IMG/VR virus record: IMGVR_UViG_3300048599_000888
Location: 1-37,934 of that record
DNA: 37,934 bases
From: a virus
Taxonomy: Duplodnaviria; Caudoviricetes
Reading direction: 5' to 3' (one strand)
Shown: one piece after another, positions 33,535 through 37,934 of the stretch
How the letters are laid out: every line of letters begins with the position of its first letter
How positions within the stretch are numbered: the stretch's first letter is position 1
Translations under genes and position numbers: made by a program
The notes under the pieces: generated by a model
The model's input: only the letters and a program-made list of their open reading frames with translations
Databases searched by the model: none
Told to the model about the DNA's origin: nothing

Positions 33535-34919
33535 TAGTGGTTTTCCTTTCTATATTCGTTCAGGGCGTCTAATAGGCTTTTCTGCTGTTGATCCTTATTC
33601 TTGAGCCGATCCAGCATGACGAGATCGACCGTATTGCGGGCGAGGATATGATGAATTCTGACCGTGCCGGTTACTCCCTGCCGGTAAAGCCGGCGGTTCA
33701 ACTGGTCATACACTTCCAGGCTGTCAGTCAGGCCAATCCAGATCAGATCATTGCCGCCGGCCTGCATGTTGAGTCCGTGGCTCATGGCCTGAGGTTGGCA
33801 GAGCAGCACGCGGAGGAGTCCGGCGTTCCAATCGTTGAGGATCTTCTGACACTCATCCTGCTTGAGCCCGCCGCGGATAACAGGGGCTTTCGGCCAACGT
33901 TTTTGGAGCTGTCGCCAAGTGTGATCGCACTGGTAGGCGATCAGCACAGGCTTGCCGCTTAGCTCTTCGACGATCTCCTCCGCGGCGTTGATCTTCTCTT
34001 CATGCACGTAGATTTCGCGTCGTTCGCCGGTGTTATCGTCCGTCTGATAGGCCCCGCCATTTGAGATGCCTTTGCACAGGGCGTATTTGGCTCCCGCCGA
34101 AGAGGCGGTGAGCGTGTCGCCATTCGACAAAGCGGCGAACAGTTCGCGTTCGATCTGCTTATAGGCCTTGGCGATCGGACTCGGCAAATCGACCAGCACG
34201 TCGTTGAACAAAAGTGGCGGCAAGTCGAGATGGTCTTCGGCTTTCAGCCGATAGACCAAATGCCCGATAGAAGCCTCGATGCCGCGTTCCGCTCCGTCCT
34301 GCAACAGCCATTCTCGCCCTAGATAGCCCCCTTTCTTTTGGAACCGATTGCGGAAGTAGGTAATCGTCTGCCCGAGGGCTTCGCCGTCGTCGAGGATGTA
34401 CATCTGGGCAAACAGGTCTGCCAGGCTATTTGGCGACGGCGTCCCCGTGAGGATGATCCGTTTGGGAATCGACGGCAGCAGCTTACGGAGGGCCTTGGTC
34501 CTTTTCCCCGTCCAGTTTTTGAACTTGGTACTTTCGTCGATGACTAACAGATCGAAGTTCGGCTTGAACTTCTGCAGAAACAGCCAAGGTAAATTCTCCG
34601 GATTGGTGAGATAGATATCCGCTTTCGCGTTTAGGGCTTTAACCCGTTGATTCGGCGAGCCGGATACGATTGAGCATGTCAGGTCGAAGCCCCACTTGGC
34701 GATTTCCGTCGGCCAGACGTTATGCACCACTCGCAACGGAGCGACGATCAGCACGGCGTTCGCTTCGCCGATCATCTTTGCTGCGTCGATCACGGAAAGC
34801 GTCGTCAGCGTCTTGCCGAGTCCCGGGTCGAACAGCAGGCCAGCTCCTTTTTGGCCTTCGGCGTACAGCCGACTGACCGCGAAGTTCGCCCCGTTGCGTT
34901 GATATTGGTGGAGTTTCAA
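33534..34919 (-). CDS. SNF2-family helicase
   Basis: FDPGLGKT, VIDESTKFKN, LTGTPSPN, HGLNMQ and QLNRRLYRQG motifs. Confidence 0.92.
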   Translation of the reverse strand: MKLHQYQRNGANFAVSRLYAEGQKGAGLLFDPGLGKTLTTLSVIDAAKMIGEANAVLIVAPLRVVHNVWPTEIAKWGFDLTCSIVSGSPNQRVKALNAKADIYLTNPENLPWLFLQKFKPNFDLLVIDESTKFKNWTGKRTKALRKLLPSIPKRIILTGTPSPNSLADLFAQMYILDDGEALGQTITYFRNRFQKKGGYLGREWLLQDGAERGIEASIGHLVYRLKAEDHLDLPPLLFNDVLVDLPSPIAKAYKQIERELFAALSNGDTLTASSAGAKYALCKGISNGGAYQTDDNTGERREIYVHEEKINAAEEIVEELSGKPVLIAYQCDHTWRQLQKRWPKAPVIRGGLKQDECQKILNDWNAGLLRVLLCQPQAMSHGLNMQAGGNDLIWIGLTDSLEVYDQLNRRLYRQGVTGTVRIHHILARNTVDLVMLDRLKNKDQQQKSLLDALNEYRKENH

Positions 34920-35197
34920 AGGTAGCTCTCTACAAATTCTTTAGCGGTGTTCAGGTCATTAGTGATCAGCGCGGGAAATCCATTCTCGTTCAGCCAATCC
35001 GCCCAACGCTGCTGGTTCGGCGAGACTTTCCCCCGCGGGGTCTTAAACTCGATATAGAGCGTTTTGCCCCGCGGGATAAAAACCGTTCGATCAGGGAAGC
35101 CATTGCCGCTGTCGTCTTTCAGCTTACGGCAACGGACGTTCGGCAGCCGATTCGCCCAAGTGGTAAATGCCCGTTCAATGTCTTGCTCAAGTTGCAC
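34916..35197 (-). CDS. VRR-NUC domain nuclease
   Basis: EQDIE, GFPDR, YIEFKTPRGKVSPNQ; GTG start 35197 with GGAGG SD. Confidence 0.88.
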   Translation of the reverse strand: MQLEQDIERAFTTWANRLPNVRCRKLKDDSGNGFPDRTVFIPRGKTLYIEFKTPRGKVSPNQQRWADWLNENGFPALITNDLNTAKEFVESYL

Positions 35198-35774
35198 GGA
35201 AAGCCTCCACAGCCGAGTTGTAGTCGCCAGCGATCTCCGCCGCGGGAAGTGTCTTATTGGCCGCTGGCATAATGCAGCCGACGCCGAGATCGCCGTACAC
35301 AGCAATCTGCTGATTGAGATACCCCTGATCGTTCACATCCGCCCGTAGCATCAGATAGACGTACTCACTCGATGAAACGGCGGCAGCTAGAGCCGTCAGC
35401 GAAGCAACATCGAGCGAGAGGAAGGAGCAGAAATCCTCTTCGATAGGTTGGATCGCTTCCTGCAGTCGCGGGTAGGGTGTCTCAGGTGGCACCGCATCGG
35501 CACAGCGATTCTTGCTGTTCGTCCACTGGCCATCGAGAGTCGCGACAACGCTCTTTCTTCCGGCCCCCGCGGCTATGTCATTCGGGATTAACACCGCTTC
35601 GGCGATTTCGCTCTTGAGGCTGGGCACAATCGCGGCAGCCCGGCCATTGGTCGCTGCAAGCCAGGCCCCGCCGTCGTTGCGGGGGATCGCCTTAACGCAC
35701 GCGAGTCCTTTACTCTGCTTGGGATCGTTCAAGCAGACCTTGTTGATTGGCGTGGGAATTTCGATTTTCGTCAT
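35187..35774 (-). CDS. Hypothetical protein, beta-clamp-like
   Basis: LAATNGR, PYPRLQEAI and GCIMP resemble the ATDG, FP and IMP motifs of DnaN domains; ATGA-coupled to the polymerase. Confidence 0.5.
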   Translation of the reverse strand: MTKIEIPTPINKVCLNDPKQSKGLACVKAIPRNDGGAWLAATNGRAAAIVPSLKSEIAEAVLIPNDIAAGAGRKSVVATLDGQWTNSKNRCADAVPPETPYPRLQEAIQPIEEDFCSFLSLDVASLTALAAAVSSSEYVYLMLRADVNDQGYLNQQIAVYGDLGVGCIMPAANKTLPAAEIAGDYNSAVEAFRAT

Positions 35775-37768
35775 TTACGATACCTTTCCGTTTCAAAGCC
35801 TTCGGCGGCGATGGGGCAACCTTTGCCCCACTCCGGCACGAATGACATGATCTCTTCAACTTCGCGGGCAGAGCCGAAATCGGCATCGACTTCGCTCACA
35901 GTTTCATCATGGACATGCATGATCGTCGGATAGCCGGCCTTTTCGAGCCGGAACATCGCTTCGACCAGAAAGTCCCGAGCCGTCGCCTGGACGATATTCT
36001 CCACTAGCATGCCCCCGTAGGTCCGTTGCCGGACCCACTTCTTCGTCATGCTGTCGACCGTCATATAGGAGAGTTGGGGCTTTTTGCCCCAAGGCGTTTC
36101 TTCATCGCGGACTTGCGGATCGGTGTACGCCGAGCGACGGCCACACGGCAGTTGACAAAACAACCAGCGATCCTCGACGAAGTAGCGAATACGGCCTATG
36201 CTGACCGGCGATCCCTGAACAGCACAGATAGCTGCGTCATTGGCGTTCCGCCAGAATGAGCGAATCCGCTTGTACGTAGTGCGGTAGGTCTCGACAACTT
36301 GCTGGGCGAATGCATCGTCAAGAGAAATGCCGTAACCTTTGGCTGTCGTGATGAACTTGCTCCAGCCCATCTGGTAGCCCAGACCGAGAATCGCCACTTT
36401 GCCGAGCTGTCGTTCGGCTTTGGTCACAAGTTCGGGAGGCTTATTGTAAATCTTCCCGGCCATGACTTTGTACACGTCCTCGCCGGCTCGGAAGATTTCC
36501 ACGAGGTCTTTTTGGCCAGCGAGCCACGCGAGAACGCGGGCCTCGATGCCGGCGAAATCGCAGACGATCAGCTTTTTGCCGGCTGGGGCTTTTACCATCA
36601 GCCGGATCAAGCTGGAGAGTGTGCTGGATACGGAGCCGAACAGCAGTTCGAGTGCTTCCGGATCGGTAGTCAACGAGTCGATAGCCAGCGAAGCTTCGTT
36701 CTGGTTGAGAGATCCTCGGGGAATATTCTGAAACTGCACTCCGCGGCCTGCCCAGCGGCCGGTGGCCGCTCCGTGGTAAAGGTGAGCCCCCCGGATACGA
36801 TCATCTGGGGATGCCATATTGAGCATCGCTTTGAGCTTGGCGGTAGATGCTCGCGCCAATTCTTGCCTGATTTGCAACACGCGAATTACCGCGGCGTTTG
36901 CGAGCGTACCGTGATTGAGTTCACGAGCGACAGTCGCAGATGTCAAATCACCGATATTAAGACCTTGGACGTTCAGCCAATGTAGAATTCGTTCAACCTG
37001 CTTGCCGCTGGTCACTTCGCCGTCTGTGATTTTCTCCAGCTCAGCGGTGAGCCGCTGTTCCTGCTTGAACTCGATTCGCAAGGCCTGCTCAATGCTAGGC
37101 CGGTCGATAGGAATTCCACGGTCATTGATCCGCTGATCTAGCAGCCAAGCCAAACGTTCCCGGCGGCAGAGTGCCGGCGTGGCGGCGTGGATCGCGATCT
37201 CAGCGTTCACGTCTTGGCGACAGTAATCGGCCAATTCGGCATGCTCAGCAGCGTCGTCGTTCCATTCTGAGGGATTGGCCTTGCTCGGTCTGCGGGGCTT
37301 GCAGAGCCGCTGAATCAGCTTTTTGCCTTTCGAGTCTTTCTGAACAGTTAGCCCCAACGCCTTGCCGGCTCCGTCCAAATCCCGCGGGAGTGCCACGGCG
37401 GCTGCCCGGGCGGCTGTGCAGTGCCACTGGCTTTCGCGGATTTCAGGCCATTCGTAGCGAGGGACCATGATTGAATTCCAGATGGCCTTTTCAAAGGCGG
37501 CATTATGAGCGTGCAATTCCGCTCCGTTTTTGATCAACTCAAATAGCCCGGCTGGGGGCGGATCGGGGAGATCGTCCCCGCCGCCCGCCTGCCAGAGATC
37601 GAACTCCAGCAGTTCCAGCCGCCACAGTTGCAGTAGCTCCTCGAAGGAATCCGCCACGGCGTACGCGAGACAGAGTGGCTGAGTCGTCGGGTCGCTCGCG
37701 TAAACTGCCGCGCCACGAGTCCTCAGGTCGCATTTGCTCCGCGTCTCGAAATCGAGGAAGGCAATCAA
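35771..37768 (-). CDS. polA: Family A DNA polymerase with 3'-5' exonuclease
   Basis: Exo DFETRS, HNAAFE, YCRQDV; motif A CDFAGIEAR, motif B RQLGKVAILGLGY, motif C HVHDE; TTG start. Confidence 0.95.
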   Translation of the reverse strand: MIAFLDFETRSKCDLRTRGAAVYASDPTTQPLCLAYAVADSFEELLQLWRLELLEFDLWQAGGGDDLPDPPPAGLFELIKNGAELHAHNAAFEKAIWNSIMVPRYEWPEIRESQWHCTAARAAAVALPRDLDGAGKALGLTVQKDSKGKKLIQRLCKPRRPSKANPSEWNDDAAEHAELADYCRQDVNAEIAIHAATPALCRRERLAWLLDQRINDRGIPIDRPSIEQALRIEFKQEQRLTAELEKITDGEVTSGKQVERILHWLNVQGLNIGDLTSATVARELNHGTLANAAVIRVLQIRQELARASTAKLKAMLNMASPDDRIRGAHLYHGAATGRWAGRGVQFQNIPRGSLNQNEASLAIDSLTTDPEALELLFGSVSSTLSSLIRLMVKAPAGKKLIVCDFAGIEARVLAWLAGQKDLVEIFRAGEDVYKVMAGKIYNKPPELVTKAERQLGKVAILGLGYQMGWSKFITTAKGYGISLDDAFAQQVVETYRTTYKRIRSFWRNANDAAICAVQGSPVSIGRIRYFVEDRWLFCQLPCGRRSAYTDPQVRDEETPWGKKPQLSYMTVDSMTKKWVRQRTYGGMLVENIVQATARDFLVEAMFRLEKAGYPTIMHVHDETVSEVDADFGSAREVEEIMSFVPEWGKGCPIAAEGFETERYRK

Positions 37769-37769
37769 G

Positions 37770-37934
37770 CTAAACCCCCGTCACGTTCGAGCCAGACTCA
37801 GCCGTCACGTTCGAGCCAGACTCAGCCGTCACGTTCGAGCCAGACTTAGCCGTCACGTTCGAGCCAGACTTAGCCGTCACGTTCGAGCCAGACTTAGCCG
37901 TCACGTTCGAGCCAGACTTAGCCGTCACGTTCGA
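37770..37934 (-). CDS. C-terminus of an octapeptide-repeat protein, truncated by the window edge
   Basis: The only open minus frame reads SNVTA(KSGSNVTA)4ESGSNVTAESGSNVTGV-stop; TAG at 37770-37772 lies 1 nt before the polymerase start. Confidence 0.7.
   Translation of the reverse strand, partial: SNVTAKSGSNVTAKSGSNVTAKSGSNVTAKSGSNVTAESGSNVTAESGSNVTGV
37778..37934. repeat. 24-bp tandem repeat CCGTCACGTTCGAGCCAGACT(C/T)AG, 6.5 copies
   Basis: Units start at 37778, 37802, 37826, 37850, 37874, 37898 and 37922 (partial); first two have CTCAG, the other four complete units have CTTAG; no spacers. Confidence 0.98.

Larger units (their letters stand above)
1..37934 (-). mobile_element. Temperate siphovirus-like phage/prophage, incomplete on the right; att site not visible
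   Basis: Co-oriented, tightly packed integrase, tail, head, portal, terminase and replication genes with many ATGA/TAATG/TTGA overlaps; no host housekeeping genes; tape measure present and no sheath recognised. Confidence 0.95.

Noticed and set aside
2375-37470. Numerous plus-strand and nested ORFs in the six-frame track
   Set aside because: They are antisense or alternate-frame shadows of well-supported minus-strand genes in GC-rich DNA, with no motifs.
37778-37934. CRISPR array
   Set aside because: Units are head-to-tail with no spacers, the length is a multiple of 3 with an open frame, and no cas genes are present.
1-37934. Genome-wide TAG reassignment
   Set aside because: Long genes have no internal TAG, and TAG stops such as 14092, 33157 and 37770 fall at clear gene boundaries; only the helicase-primase junction is suggestive.

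Overview
A temperate tailed-phage (siphovirus-like) genome segment, most likely a prophage, with almost every gene on the minus strand. In reading order (right to left) it contains: the C-terminus of an octapeptide-repeat protein cut by the window edge; a replication module (family A DNA polymerase, beta-clamp-like protein, VRR-NUC nuclease, two SF2 helicases, N4/N6 DNA methyltransferase, primase-AAA helicase, iteron-rich putative origin); a nucleotide-metabolism-type cluster; a Zn-finger putative late activator; a first late operon with two papain-fold cysteine hydrolases, an exported thioredoxin, several small membrane proteins, a 1701-aa adhesin-like protein and a GpA-type terminase; a second late operon with the lambda-type portal, head and tail genes; one plus-strand accessory gene; a structured leader with a candidate antisense RNA; and xis-int, whose stop codon is positions 1-3. 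Protein styles suggest a Planctomycetota host (inference). The strongest leads are the protease/thioredoxin cassette at the usual lysis position with no recognisable lysozyme-type endolysin, the duplicated bipartite late promoter beside a Zn-finger gene, the candidate antisense-RNA switch upstream of xis-int, and a primase that appears to need an ATT start or amber read-through. All family calls come from reading motifs by eye, and no database searches were run. Several starts are moved from the ORF track on the basis of stop/start overlaps and SD sequences.
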